64,000 nt of DNA from an uncultured Verrucomicrobiae bacterium (GTDB taxonomy: Bacteria > Verrucomicrobiota > Verrucomicrobiia > Chthoniobacterales > JAFAMB01): positions 192,001 to 256,000 of the forward strand of contig CAWAIK010000001.1 in assembly GCA_963782115.1 (NCBI GenBank), read 5' to 3'. This document shows positions 33,416 to 43,714 of this stretch, one piece after another. The position numbers were made by a program, and so were the translations under genes. Within the stretch, counting starts at the first letter, position 1. Every line of letters starts with the position of its first letter. The notes below the pieces were generated by a model. That model ran no database searches and was not told the DNA's origin. It was given only the letters and a program-made list of their open reading frames with translations.

Positions 33416-34372
33416 TCACGATGGCGTGGCGTTGATCCACTGAGCCCCGGCGCGGGGGTCGGGAAGGTTGCAAAGAAGGTCCACCAAGGCGTGGCGGTAG
33501 CTCGGAAACGGGGATACTTCGCCGGGATTCTCTGGCGCGAGCTCCGAAACGAATCGGGGCAGTTCCGCGTGCGGGAGGCCAGCGTGCCGATGATGCACGC
33601 CATGATAAGGCTCATGGAGCAGAGTAAAGGCTACGATCCGGCCGAGTGGTCCCTTTGACACAATGCTCCGGGTAGAGCTATTCACCGTGGAGCCCGTGAG
33701 TCCGACGTGCTCGATATATTTGCGCCAGCTTTGCATATTTGAGGCGAGATACGCGGGCGCAAGGTACATGCAGAGAAAGTATTTCCACGCACCCCACCAA
33801 GTCACCGCCGCCAGCAGGCAAAACCATACGCCGCCGGTCAGTGCGAACTCAGCCCAAATTCGTCGACGGAGCTTTTTGTTCCGAATCGGAGAACCGGCGC
33901 GGAGAAAAGTGCGAACGAACAAAAAGGGCGTGTAGAACAAGCCGAGACCGAGTTCAAGAATGGCGGCCAGGACCCTGATCCACCGCGGCATTCCAGGGAT
34001 AACGAAAGGCCAGAGTTCTTCGTCCCGTTTAGTGGCCAGGTATGCGTGATGCAATTGATGGGCAGCGCGGTAGAGGCTAAAGCTCGTCAGGCTAAAGATT
34101 CCGATAATAACCCCATCTATCTCATTTAAGCGCCGGTTCTTTCGAAGCAGCCCATGAGACGCCTCGTGGAAGCCGATCAACATCCCGTGCATTAGGTGGC
34201 TGACAGTCAAAACCAGCGGCACAGAGAACCAGACAGAACCAAGGTATAGCGCGGTGCCGAGCGCGGCTTGATTGAGAAAGAAGACGGCCGCGAGGATCGG
34301 GAAGGCCGCCCGGCTCACCCAATGGGTCGGGGGCGGCTCAAGCAAGTTTTCTGTCGGTGGCGTGGTGTTCAT
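33416..34372 (-). CDS. Membrane fatty acid desaturase-family protein
   Basis: His boxes HEASH, HQLHH and HGVHH with hydrophobic segments. ATGA overlap with the upstream C-domain gene. Confidence 0.9.
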   Translation of the reverse strand: MNTTPPTENLLEPPPTHWVSRAAFPILAAVFFLNQAALGTALYLGSVWFSVPLVLTVSHLMHGMLIGFHEASHGLLRKNRRLNEIDGVIIGIFSLTSFSLYRAAHQLHHAYLATKRDEELWPFVIPGMPRWIRVLAAILELGLGLFYTPFLFVRTFLRAGSPIRNKKLRRRIWAEFALTGGVWFCLLAAVTWWGAWKYFLCMYLAPAYLASNMQSWRKYIEHVGLTGSTVNSSTRSIVSKGPLGRIVAFTLLHEPYHGVHHRHAGLPHAELPRFVSELAPENPGEVSPFPSYRHALVDLLCNLPDPRAGAQWINATPS

Positions 34373-35727
34373 CGCGTTCGGCTCATAAGGGTGGCGATCC
34401 GGTTTTCCGGTGAACGGCAAGCATCTGCAAGCACGGCCTGGAACAGGTACGACAAGTTTTGTATTTCCGCTAGCGGGAACAGATTTACCCGGAAAAGCCA
34501 CGCCACCTCTAGCCCCTCCTCGATTACGGTGATTTCGCATCCGACATGAAAGCGCGCGGTACCAGTCGAGCGCATCGTGAGCCGGGCGGACAGCCCGTGA
34601 AGCGCGACGTCTGGAACGGGATGGTTTTGCAAAGCGAACCGCACCTCAAAAACCGGATTATGGCCCGGCGCCGGCGAGTCCCCGAGCACTGGCAGGAGTT
34701 CAGCAAACGGCATGGCGTTCGCAAAGGAATCCACGGTCGCTTGATGCACCGCACTCAGGCTATCCGAGAACGGACGGTCTGCATCGACTCGGCCGCGGAG
34801 GGGGACAATGCCGGCGAAGTAGCCCATTGTTTCCCGCGTAGCCTGCCTGGTCCGATTCGCCACTGGTGTGCCTACCAGGACGTCTTCTTCGCCTGTCCAC
34901 CGGGAGAGGGTGACCTGAAATGCAGCCAGCAGAGTGCTGAAGAGCGTTGCGCCATTGGCGCGGGCCAGTTTCCGCGCCGCGTCCGTCAGATCGGCAGAAA
35001 TATGCGAAACCAATCGATGGGGCGCACCTGACGCGGTCTTGGATCCCTCCAACGAGTTCCAGAGCCGGCGGCTGCCGGCCAGATTGGATTTCCAGAAAGC
35101 GGCGCGCCGCTCCAATTCCGCCGGCTGCCAGAACGCCCGTTCGGCTGCACCCCACGCGGCGTAAGTGAGCGGCAATGTTGAAAGTTGCTCGCGCAGACCC
35201 ATAAGGCCCTGCACATACGCAATACACAGATCCCGGACGAACACCCCGAGGCTCCATCCATCGGCAATCGCATGGTGGATCGCGAGGACCAGCACATGGT
35301 GATCGGCACTTCGCCGAAGGACCTCGGCCCGGTAAAGCGGTCCCTGGACCAAGTCGAACGGCTCGCTGAAAATTTCTTTCGCCACCTCTTCGACGGCCGC
35401 TTCGCGCCATTGGTTAGACGAAAGTTCGCGGAAGCGGACAGTGGCTTCGCTGCTCTGACGAATCATCTGGACCGGCCGGTCTTTGCCCGGCAGGAAGGAG
35501 AGGCGCAGAACCTCCTGCCGTTCCACCACTCGCTGAAGTGCAGCCTTGCAAGCGTCTTGATTAATGACGCCCCGCAACTGAATGAGACAGCAAATGTGAT
35601 TGGCAATATCCGTGACGCTTACAGGCGACGCCTCCCACAACTCCCGCTGCGGGAAGGTCAGGGGCTGGAGGCGTGTTTTCCCACTCGCCAGCCATTGCTT
35701 CAGAAGGGCACGTTTGTCTGCCGACAT
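34369..35727 (-). CDS. Stand-alone NRPS-type condensation-domain protein
   Basis: PLTFPQRELW, PFDL..GPL, intact HHAIADGWS, VGTPVANR. No A or PCP domain. Confidence 0.92.
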   Translation of the reverse strand: MSADKRALLKQWLASGKTRLQPLTFPQRELWEASPVSVTDIANHICCLIQLRGVINQDACKAALQRVVERQEVLRLSFLPGKDRPVQMIRQSSEATVRFRELSSNQWREAAVEEVAKEIFSEPFDLVQGPLYRAEVLRRSADHHVLVLAIHHAIADGWSLGVFVRDLCIAYVQGLMGLREQLSTLPLTYAAWGAAERAFWQPAELERRAAFWKSNLAGSRRLWNSLEGSKTASGAPHRLVSHISADLTDAARKLARANGATLFSTLLAAFQVTLSRWTGEEDVLVGTPVANRTRQATRETMGYFAGIVPLRGRVDADRPFSDSLSAVHQATVDSFANAMPFAELLPVLGDSPAPGHNPVFEVRFALQNHPVPDVALHGLSARLTMRSTGTARFHVGCEITVIEEGLEVAWLFRVNLFPLAEIQNLSYLFQAVLADACRSPENRIATLMSRTR

Positions 35728-35743
35728 CTGGGTCAGGCTCCGG

Positions 35744-38700
35744 TTAGCGCACGGCCTCCCTGGGATCAGGAGGGCCATCAGAGACCGCCTCATCGCCAAG
35801 CAACTGTGCAATCTCCTCGTCGGAAAGAGCTTCCAAGTTCACCTCGTCGGCGGACGCCGACTCTGGAACCGAGATGCCTGCTGCGGTTGCCGCGAGTGTG
35901 CCGCCGGCACTCTTTGCGCCCATGTGCTCAGCGATCAAGGAAACGATCTGGCCGATCGTACGCGCCCGAATCAGGCTGGCTTGGGGCAACGACACGCCGA
36001 GAGAGCCTTCAATCGAGTTTTCGATTTCGACGCCCATGAGTGAATCCAGCCCCAGGTCCGTGAGCGGCTGGTCATCGCGCAGAGTGTCCGGCTTCACGCG
36101 CAGTACGGAGCCGACGGAATCGCGCACCGCCTGCTGGATAATGCCCGCCAGCTCTTCCGGGGTTGCCGACTTGATCTTGAGACGCAAGTCACCGGTTGCG
36201 CGGCCCGTCTCCTGTCCCTCGACGGCTGCAAAAATCCGCTCCAGCAAGGGGTTCTCCTGCATGCCGCGGAAAAACTGCCGCCACTTAGCCCAATCAACGC
36301 GGATCGCCATCACCTGCGTGGCGCCTGCGGTAAGGGATGATTCGAGCAGTGTCATCACTTCCCGTGGCGAGAGCTCCGCCGTGCCTTGTCGCGCGAGGAA
36401 TTCGGCAACGCGCGTGTTGCGGGCTACATAACCCTCACCGCCGAGGACCCCCCAATTGATCGTCAGCGCCGGCAAGCCCAAAGCGCGACGATGGTGGGCA
36501 AGCGAGTCGAGGAAAGCATTGGCGGCGCCGTAACTGCCCTGCGCCGGATTGCCAAAGATGCTCGAGACGGATGAGAACATAACGAAGCAGTCCAAATCGA
36601 AATCCCGCGTGGATTCGTGCAGCAACCATGCGCCATACGCCTTGGGAGCCATCACGCTCCGGATCCGCTCGCGGGTGAGCGAAACAAGCGGCGCGTCGTC
36701 GATCACCATGGCCAGGTGGAATAAGCCTCTCAACGGTCGATCGGCCGAACGGATCTCTGAGATGAGGCGTGCGACGTCTGCAGGTGAGCCAATATCCGCC
36801 TGCACGACTCTCACATCGACGCCTCGCTTGCGGAGGGTTTGCACAAACGCCTCGGCATCGGGCGCAGCCGCGCCGCTTCGGCTGGTGAGCACGAGGTGAC
36901 GGGCACCGCCCTCGACCAGCCATTGTGCCAGCACTTTCCCGAAGCCCCCAAACGCTCCAGTGACTAAGTAGCATCCCTTCGAATCGATTGTGAAGGTCGG
37001 CTGAAGCGGTTCACCGCGGCGGGGAAGGAATGCTTCGGGGAATGCGACGACGACTTTGCCGATGTGTTTGCCCTGCGCCATCAGCCGGAATGCCGAATCG
37101 ACGCGGCACGCGGGAAACGAGCGGAACGGGAGCGGAAAGAGCACACCATTTTCGACGAGTCGGGAGATTTCCTCCAGGATTCTTTGCGTCAACGCCTCAT
37201 CACCGGAGAAGACCGCATCCATGGCGACGACATGAAATGACGCATTGCGGCGAAGCGGCCAGAGCGGGATCCGGGCATTCTGATAGATGTCGCGTTTGCC
37301 GATTTCGATAAAGCGGCCGAATTCTGCCAGACAGGAAAGTCCCATCGGAATCGCTTCGGCGGCGAGCGAATTCAGGACGACGTCCACGCCGCGCCTGCCT
37401 GTCAACTCCATCACGGCGCCCGTAAAATCAGCGCGGCGCGAGTCAATCACATGCTGTACTCCGAGGGTCCCCAGCAGCGCGCGCTTTGCTGGACTGCCGG
37501 CGGTGGCGAGGACTTCTGCCCCGAGATGGTGCGCAATCTGGATGGCGGCCATCCCGACGCCGCCCGCGCCCGCGTGCACGAGAATACGCTCGCCCTCCCG
37601 CATCCGCGCGACATTCTGCAGCGCGTGCCAGGCGGTCATGAAAACGACGGGCAGCGTAGCCGCCTGCTCAAACGAGAGTCCGCCAGGAATGCGGCGGACG
37701 TTGCCTCCCCTTGCCAGCGTATGCGAAGCGAGCCCGAACACCGCGAGGCCAAACACCCTGTCTCCCGGAGCGACATGGTGCACTCCGGCTCCGACCGCCT
37801 TAACCACGCCAGCCACCTCGTCGCCGAAGATACCAGCGTCCGGCGCCTCCCCGGGATACAGCGCGAGGGCCTTCAAGACGTCGCGGAAGTTCATTCCGGC
37901 CGCTTTCACTTCGATCAGCACCTCGCCGACGCCGCAAGCCGGCAGAGCGAAAGGCATGAAGAGCAGTGTATCGAGATGCCCGCGTTCGCGCGACTCGAGT
38001 CGCAGCGGTGCTGTCGGATCGAGCCATTCTTCGTGTAGCGCGCGACCACGAACGAGGCGCTGAACGTATCGGGCTTCGCCGCGGAACGCAACCTCACGCT
38101 CGGCATCTTCACGCAACAGTTCGCTCCATAGCAACGACTCGTCAGATGCCGAAGCATCGGGTGGCAGGTCGATCCCGCGCCCGGAGAAGTTTGGGTACTC
38201 ATTGCGAATGACGCGCAGCAACCCGACGAGCGGTGCTTGCGCAACAGCGACCGCATTCATCGCGCGCCCCGGCGGCTGCGCTCCCCGCGTGATGAGGTCC
38301 ATCCGCAGTTTTGCCGAGTATTTGATATCTTCAACCGCTTGGATCAGATGGAGTAAGGCGTCAGTGCCCATCAGCGCAGCGTCTCCTTCGGCATTCGGCC
38401 GCGGCGCGTCCAAACTCCACAAGTAAACAAAACGTTCCGGTGGAGCGTCCTCCGCGCACTCGTGAAGGAGCTGTTTCCAGTCCTCGAGTGCCTCTGAACG
38501 CAGGATGAATGAGTCCTCTCCATCCAGCGCAAAATGGTCGCCACGGCGTGCCACACGGCACCGGACGTCCACCCCGCGCAATTGTGAAGCCAACTTGTCG
38601 CCGAGACCGGAGCGGTCCGCGAAAATGAGCCAAGACTTCTCCGCCGGTATCTCCAGGTGCGGCTCTCGAGAGGGAGACGCGGCGGCGGCCAAGTCATGCC

Positions 38701-41700
38701 AGGGCTTGCGCGCAAGGAGACCAATCTGGCCCTCACCATCTGGACCGAGCAGTCCCGGTAGCGAAGCGGTTTCGTCGAAGCCCGTCTCCCGTAGGACGGC
38801 CTCCCACTGGGAGCGCCCCAACAATGGATGGAGCGGACGCAAATCCCGATCCGTAAAGCGCCACCAGCCGGTCATGAGACCAAAGACTGCCTCCGTCCAC
38901 AACTGTGGAATGGCGACGTCCATGAATACCAGGCTCCCGCCCGGTGTTAGCAGTTCGTGAATATGCCTCAGCGTTGACCGCAAGTCACTGACCGCATGCA
39001 GCACATTAGTGCCGATGATGAAATCAAACGCTCCGGCCTCGAAACCCTGCTCCGTGCCCGGTTTCTCGAGATCAAAAATTTTGTATTCCACTCCGGGAAA
39101 ACTGGCCAGCTTTTGCATGGCGCCGCTGAAAAATGCCGGGGAGACATCACTGAAGACGTAGGAATGCAAATCGCGCTCGATAAGCGGCAGTACATGCGAT
39201 GTCAATCCCCCCGTTCCAGCCCCGACTTCCAGGATGCGCAGTCCGCGGCCCTCTGGCAGGTGGCGGGCTGCTTCCTGGATGGCAGCGGCGATAGCCGCCA
39301 GCCAGTGGCTGGTGTAGAGGCCTTCTCCGTAAAATTGGTCCAAAAACTCCGCTGAGGTCCCGGCGAACAGCACCTGGACGGCATCCTTCTCGCCTCTCAG
39401 GATTGGGCCGAGCTCGGCGCAGTTCGCGGCGCAGAGCAGGCCCTCGGACAGATGTCCTGAATGATTCGATATGAATGAGCGCAGCATTTCTTCGGCGGAG
39501 TCTGCGGCGCTCACAAGGGAGGGTGTGGCCCGATGACCCTCACCATCCTTTTCCAGCCAACCGCGTTTCGCCAGGCCGGCCATCAGACGCTCGAACACCG
39601 TTCGCATCGGCTCTGCCACCCGCAGGGAATTGGCCGTATAGCTTTCGCTCGATCCCGATACCGCTGCCATCTCCCGCACACCACGAGCAAGAAGAGCCGC
39701 TGCAAGCTCATCTCCGGCCGCCATGGCATTCTGCAGGTCGGCTCGGCCTCGCGTGGCGATCACCTGGTCTAGTGCATCTTGCGCTGCGCGCCGCAGGCGA
39801 TCCAATGGGACCGACGGTTGAGATGCGGGGCGCGACTGAGCAGGCGTTCGTTCCCAAGCGAGATGGTAAAGAACGCTGCGGCTTCCTCCCAAGGCACCAG
39901 ATCGGCGCGCCCCGGAGACGCTAACCGCACGGAACCCATCGATGAGAACACAAGGCTTTCCTGCGCCATCATACATTTCGAGCCTGCCTTCGACGTACTC
40001 GTCGTTGCACTGCTGCACGCCCGTGCGGACGAGACTGGAGGCTCCCGGTGAGCGTAGAAACAGAATTTTGGCGAAGCGCACTGGTAGCTTTAGTCGCGCC
40101 TTGCGATCCTCAACTGTCGCAGCCCCCGCCGAAAAGATTTGCAGCGCTCCATCGAAGAGAACGGGATGCAATGAATATTCATTCGCGCGTCGGATAATCG
40201 CGTCGGACAAGGAAACTCTGCCCACCGACTCGCCGTCGCCAGCTGACAGCTCGCGGATGGGCCTGAACTCATCGCCGTACCGAAGTCCCATGTCACTCAT
40301 GTTTCGGTAGAAGTCCTCCGGCTCTACCCGCTTCATGCCAATGGCTCCTTTGCGCTCCCAGGCCGACGACGCAAAGCCCGCGTCGGTACGCTCGCCACGC
40401 ATGGAGCCCACGACATGCAGTGACCACGCAGCGCTTTGTTCTAACTTGCTCTGGATCGAGAACGTCCGTTCATGCGGATCATAGGCCACCTCTAAGTGCA
40501 GTCCCGAAACCAGATCCGGCAGAATGAGCGGCTTGCGAATTTCAAGGTCCTCAACGACGAAAGGCCGTCCGTTGAACAACTGCACGCCCGCTTCCAGCAC
40601 CATTTCCACAAAAGCAGATGCGGGAAACACGACAAGATTTTCGACCTTGTGATCCTTCAAAAAGGCCATGTGCCGTCCATCGAGCTCAGCGCTCCATGTT
40701 GGCGTGGCTCGGGGCAGCCGGATGTCGAGCAATCCGCGGCCACCGGACCCCAGACGACCCTCCCGCCAATCGCTCGACTCATGCCACCAGCGGCTCTTGT
40801 CCCAAGAGTAGGTCGGCAGTGAGAGCAGCCGTCGAGATGGCGTCATCTTCGCGAAATTCAACGCGACGCCGGAGCGGTGCAGATCCATCGCGGTCTCGAG
40901 CACGGATTCGTGCTCGCGTTCGCGACGTGCAGAAGAGAACACCGGCGCTTTTTCGGCGCGCCCGGCGAGGCATTCCTGAATCGAATGAACCAGCGCGGGT
41001 TGCGCACCGATTTCCAGCCACACGTCGACACCCGCCTCCATCAACATGTTCACGGCCAGCGCGAACTGCACCGGCTGTCGCACTCCTCTCCCCCAGTAAC
41101 CGGCGTCACACGCTCCGCCGACACACTGCTGGCCGGTGACCGTGCTGAAAAAGGGGACCGTCCCTGCCTGAGGCGTGAGATCTTCCAACGCTTTTTCCAA
41201 GGCCTCGGACGCTGGTTGCATCAAACGATGATGGAAAGGGTGGTCTACCTGCACGAACCGTACAAAAACTCCGCCGAGTTCAAGCTCGGCGGCCATCGCA
41301 TCCAGTGACATCCGGGATCCTGCGACGGTGAGCGAGCGCGGTCCATTGAACGCGGCAATTGTCGCTGTCCGGTCGTGCCGGGCAATCAACGCTCGCGCTG
41401 AATCCTCGTCCAGACCAATCGCGAGCATCGTTCCTTCACCGCGCGCGCAATCATCCATAAATCGCGAGCGCAGCACGATCACCCGTGCGGCTTCCTCCAA
41501 ACTTAAGACACCCGCGACGCACGCCGCTGCGACTTCACCGACGCTATGGCCAACGAGTGCGGCCGGCTGAACGCCCCAGGATTTCCACAGTTCCGCCAGC
41601 GCTACCTGGATTGTAAAAATGGCCGGCTGCGCAATTTCCGTCCGATGCATTTGGGAGGCTTCTTCCGTTCGGCCAAGTTCTTCCATCACTGAAAACCGTC

Positions 41701-43462
41701 CAAACGGGCGCATCATGGCATCGCAACGCTCGACGGTTTGCCGGAACACGGGCTCGTGCTGAATGAGTTCGCGGCCCATGCCCCACCACTGCGGACCCTG
41801 GCCGCTCATGACGAAAGCGACGCGTGGCGGATGCGTTTGCCGTGGCGTGAAGGCCGTGCGGACTTTAGAGCCCTGTTGGCCTGCCGCATAGCCATTGAAC
41901 TCATGGATCACTTCTCCGATCGACTGCGCAACGAGTGTGAGCCGGTACGGATGGTGATTGCGCTTGGCCCCGAGGGTATAAGTCAGCTCCGGCAGCACGG
42001 GCGAGTTGCCATTCGCGTTTGACCGCTCATCCAACCAGGCGCTCAGGCGCAATGCCGAAGAGCGCAGAGCCTCCTCGGATCGGGCGGAAAGCACCAATGG
42101 CCACGCACGGTTTGGGTCGGTCCCTAAATGTTCCGTCTGGAGGTGTGACGGCGCCTCCGTGAGAAGGACGTGCGCGTTGGCACCACCAAATCCAAACGAA
42201 TTGACGCCCACTATGCGCGCGCCAACAGTCGCCGGGAAGGGTTCCAGGGTGGTGGGTACGCGGAGTTTCAGAGCAACGAAGTCGATGTTCGGGTTGGCGG
42301 TTTCGAAGTGCAAGCTGGCCGGAATGCGCCCGTGCTTTAGCACCAACAGCGCCTTAACCAGACCTGCGACGCCCGCCGCGGTTTCCAGGTGACCCAGGTT
42401 CGTCTTCACGGACCCGATAAGCAGCGGTGATTCCTCCGAGCGGTCTTCGCAAAGTGCCTCAGCGAGCGCGTGGGCCTCGATCGGATCGCCTACTGCAGTG
42501 CCGGTTCCGTGGGCCTCGACGAATCCGATCTGAGACGGGTCGATGTCGGCGTCCGCACATGCATCGCGCACCAGCCGAGCCTGCGCCTGCGCGCTGGGTA
42601 GAGAAATTCCATTGGTATGGCCGTCCTGGTTAAGAGCAGTCCCGATGATCACTCCGTGGATCGGATCGCCATCGGCGATTGCCTGGGAGAGTCGCTTTAG
42701 AAGCACCATGCCTGCTCCTTCGCCGCGAACGAAGCCATCGGCCGATGCGTCGAAGGCCTTGCACCGGCCATCCGGAGACAGCATTGAAGCTTGAGAAAAG
42801 CCGATGAATCCGCCCGCGGTTATCATCACCGTGACGCCGCCCGCGAGCGCCGCGTCGCCGCGGCCCGCCCGGATGTATTCGCACGCCGCGTGCACCGCTG
42901 TTAGCGCAGACGAACATGCGGTATCCATTGCGACGCTCGGTCCGCGCAGATTGAAGCAGTAGGAGATGCGGTTGGCGGCGATACTGTGAGCGCAACCGGT
43001 GGGTGAGTGCGGACCGATCCCGGAATGCTCCCATGGCGTACCCTGAATCCCCTGATATTCATTGTGAGAAATTCCAACGAACACTCCGAGGTCGGTTCCC
43101 CGCTCGAGATCGAGCACCAGGCCCGCATCCTCCATCGCCTCCCAGGCTGTCTCCAGGAGTAAGCGATGCTGCGGATCCACGTAGGGCGCTTCCCGGGGCG
43201 AGATCCCGAAAAACTGCGGGTCAAACTGATCGATACCCTCCAAAAACCCCCCGCGGCGAGCGATCGACTTGCCCGGCAGACCGGGCTCCGGATCGAAAAA
43301 TCGTTCGATGTTCCAGCGGTCGGACGGCACATCACTCACCGCCTCGCGACCCTCCACGAGCAGCTTCCAGAATGAGTCTGTGTCATTCACTCCGCCGGGA
43401 AAGCGGCAGCCGGTGCCGATGATTGCGATGCGATCTTTAGTCAAAGAAGTTGGAGCTGCCAT
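35744..43462 (-). CDS. Fully reducing type I PKS, KS-AT-DH-cMT-ER-KR-ACP, no thioesterase
   Basis: KS DTACSS/EAHGTGT/NLGH; AT GHSVG and VDHPFHH; DH DHKVENLVVFP and HPVLFD; MT LEVGAGTGG; ER LVHAGAGGVG; KR GAFGGFG, IDD, YGAAN; ACP GLDSLM. Confidence 0.96.
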   Translation of the reverse strand: MAAPTSLTKDRIAIIGTGCRFPGGVNDTDSFWKLLVEGREAVSDVPSDRWNIERFFDPEPGLPGKSIARRGGFLEGIDQFDPQFFGISPREAPYVDPQHRLLLETAWEAMEDAGLVLDLERGTDLGVFVGISHNEYQGIQGTPWEHSGIGPHSPTGCAHSIAANRISYCFNLRGPSVAMDTACSSALTAVHAACEYIRAGRGDAALAGGVTVMITAGGFIGFSQASMLSPDGRCKAFDASADGFVRGEGAGMVLLKRLSQAIADGDPIHGVIIGTALNQDGHTNGISLPSAQAQARLVRDACADADIDPSQIGFVEAHGTGTAVGDPIEAHALAEALCEDRSEESPLLIGSVKTNLGHLETAAGVAGLVKALLVLKHGRIPASLHFETANPNIDFVALKLRVPTTLEPFPATVGARIVGVNSFGFGGANAHVLLTEAPSHLQTEHLGTDPNRAWPLVLSARSEEALRSSALRLSAWLDERSNANGNSPVLPELTYTLGAKRNHHPYRLTLVAQSIGEVIHEFNGYAAGQQGSKVRTAFTPRQTHPPRVAFVMSGQGPQWWGMGRELIQHEPVFRQTVERCDAMMRPFGRFSVMEELGRTEEASQMHRTEIAQPAIFTIQVALAELWKSWGVQPAALVGHSVGEVAAACVAGVLSLEEAARVIVLRSRFMDDCARGEGTMLAIGLDEDSARALIARHDRTATIAAFNGPRSLTVAGSRMSLDAMAAELELGGVFVRFVQVDHPFHHRLMQPASEALEKALEDLTPQAGTVPFFSTVTGQQCVGGACDAGYWGRGVRQPVQFALAVNMLMEAGVDVWLEIGAQPALVHSIQECLAGRAEKAPVFSSARREREHESVLETAMDLHRSGVALNFAKMTPSRRLLSLPTYSWDKSRWWHESSDWREGRLGSGGRGLLDIRLPRATPTWSAELDGRHMAFLKDHKVENLVVFPASAFVEMVLEAGVQLFNGRPFVVEDLEIRKPLILPDLVSGLHLEVAYDPHERTFSIQSKLEQSAAWSLHVVGSMRGERTDAGFASSAWERKGAIGMKRVEPEDFYRNMSDMGLRYGDEFRPIRELSAGDGESVGRVSLSDAIIRRANEYSLHPVLFDGALQIFSAGAATVEDRKARLKLPVRFAKILFLRSPGASSLVRTGVQQCNDEYVEGRLEMYDGAGKPCVLIDGFRAVSVSGARRSGALGGSRSVLYHLAWERTPAQSRPASQPSVPLDRLRRAAQDALDQVIATRGRADLQNAMAAGDELAAALLARGVREMAAVSGSSESYTANSLRVAEPMRTVFERLMAGLAKRGWLEKDGEGHRATPSLVSAADSAEEMLRSFISNHSGHLSEGLLCAANCAELGPILRGEKDAVQVLFAGTSAEFLDQFYGEGLYTSHWLAAIAAAIQEAARHLPEGRGLRILEVGAGTGGLTSHVLPLIERDLHSYVFSDVSPAFFSGAMQKLASFPGVEYKIFDLEKPGTEQGFEAGAFDFIIGTNVLHAVSDLRSTLRHIHELLTPGGSLVFMDVAIPQLWTEAVFGLMTGWWRFTDRDLRPLHPLLGRSQWEAVLRETGFDETASLPGLLGPDGEGQIGLLARKPWHDLAAAASPSREPHLEIPAEKSWLIFADRSGLGDKLASQLRGVDVRCRVARRGDHFALDGEDSFILRSEALEDWKQLLHECAEDAPPERFVYLWSLDAPRPNAEGDAALMGTDALLHLIQAVEDIKYSAKLRMDLITRGAQPPGRAMNAVAVAQAPLVGLLRVIRNEYPNFSGRGIDLPPDASASDESLLWSELLREDAEREVAFRGEARYVQRLVRGRALHEEWLDPTAPLRLESRERGHLDTLLFMPFALPACGVGEVLIEVKAAGMNFRDVLKALALYPGEAPDAGIFGDEVAGVVKAVGAGVHHVAPGDRVFGLAVFGLASHTLARGGNVRRIPGGLSFEQAATLPVVFMTAWHALQNVARMREGERILVHAGAGGVGMAAIQIAHHLGAEVLATAGSPAKRALLGTLGVQHVIDSRRADFTGAVMELTGRRGVDVVLNSLAAEAIPMGLSCLAEFGRFIEIGKRDIYQNARIPLWPLRRNASFHVVAMDAVFSGDEALTQRILEEISRLVENGVLFPLPFRSFPACRVDSAFRLMAQGKHIGKVVVAFPEAFLPRRGEPLQPTFTIDSKGCYLVTGAFGGFGKVLAQWLVEGGARHLVLTSRSGAAAPDAEAFVQTLRKRGVDVRVVQADIGSPADVARLISEIRSADRPLRGLFHLAMVIDDAPLVSLTRERIRSVMAPKAYGAWLLHESTRDFDLDCFVMFSSVSSIFGNPAQGSYGAANAFLDSLAHHRRALGLPALTINWGVLGGEGYVARNTRVAEFLARQGTAELSPREVMTLLESSLTAGATQVMAIRVDWAKWRQFFRGMQENPLLERIFAAVEGQETGRATGDLRLKIKSATPEELAGIIQQAVRDSVGSVLRVKPDTLRDDQPLTDLGLDSLMGVEIENSIEGSLGVSLPQASLIRARTIGQIVSLIAEHMGAKSAGGTLAATAAGISVPESASADEVNLEALSDEEIAQLLGDEAVSDGPPDPREAVR

Positions 43463-43480
43463 AATCAATCGGAAGCTGCT

Positions 43481-43508
43481 AAGCTAAATTCCGATCGTGA
43501 CAAGTCAA
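43481..43508 (-). promoter_or_regulatory. Possible sigma70-type promoter for the PKS operon
   Basis: On the minus strand TTGACT-N16-TAGCTT, about 20 bp upstream of the PKS ATG. A 7-bp inverted pair GTGACAA/TTGTCAC lies at 43497 and 43535. Confidence 0.3.
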
Positions 43509-43714
43509 TGCTGTGCTGGCCTTTGTAAAGCGTGTTGTCACATTCAGCAACGCACGGGAGGAAGGAAGGCCGACCCGATACTGCAGCGAAGAAACATCGA
43601 TCCGGCCCTGCGCTTTGTATCTCCTTGTCTGCCTCCAATCCCTTTGAGGTACACCGAAACTGGTCAAAAAAATAGTTGTCCGCCGGCCAGGGTCTGGACT
43701 AAAGGCTGACTACT

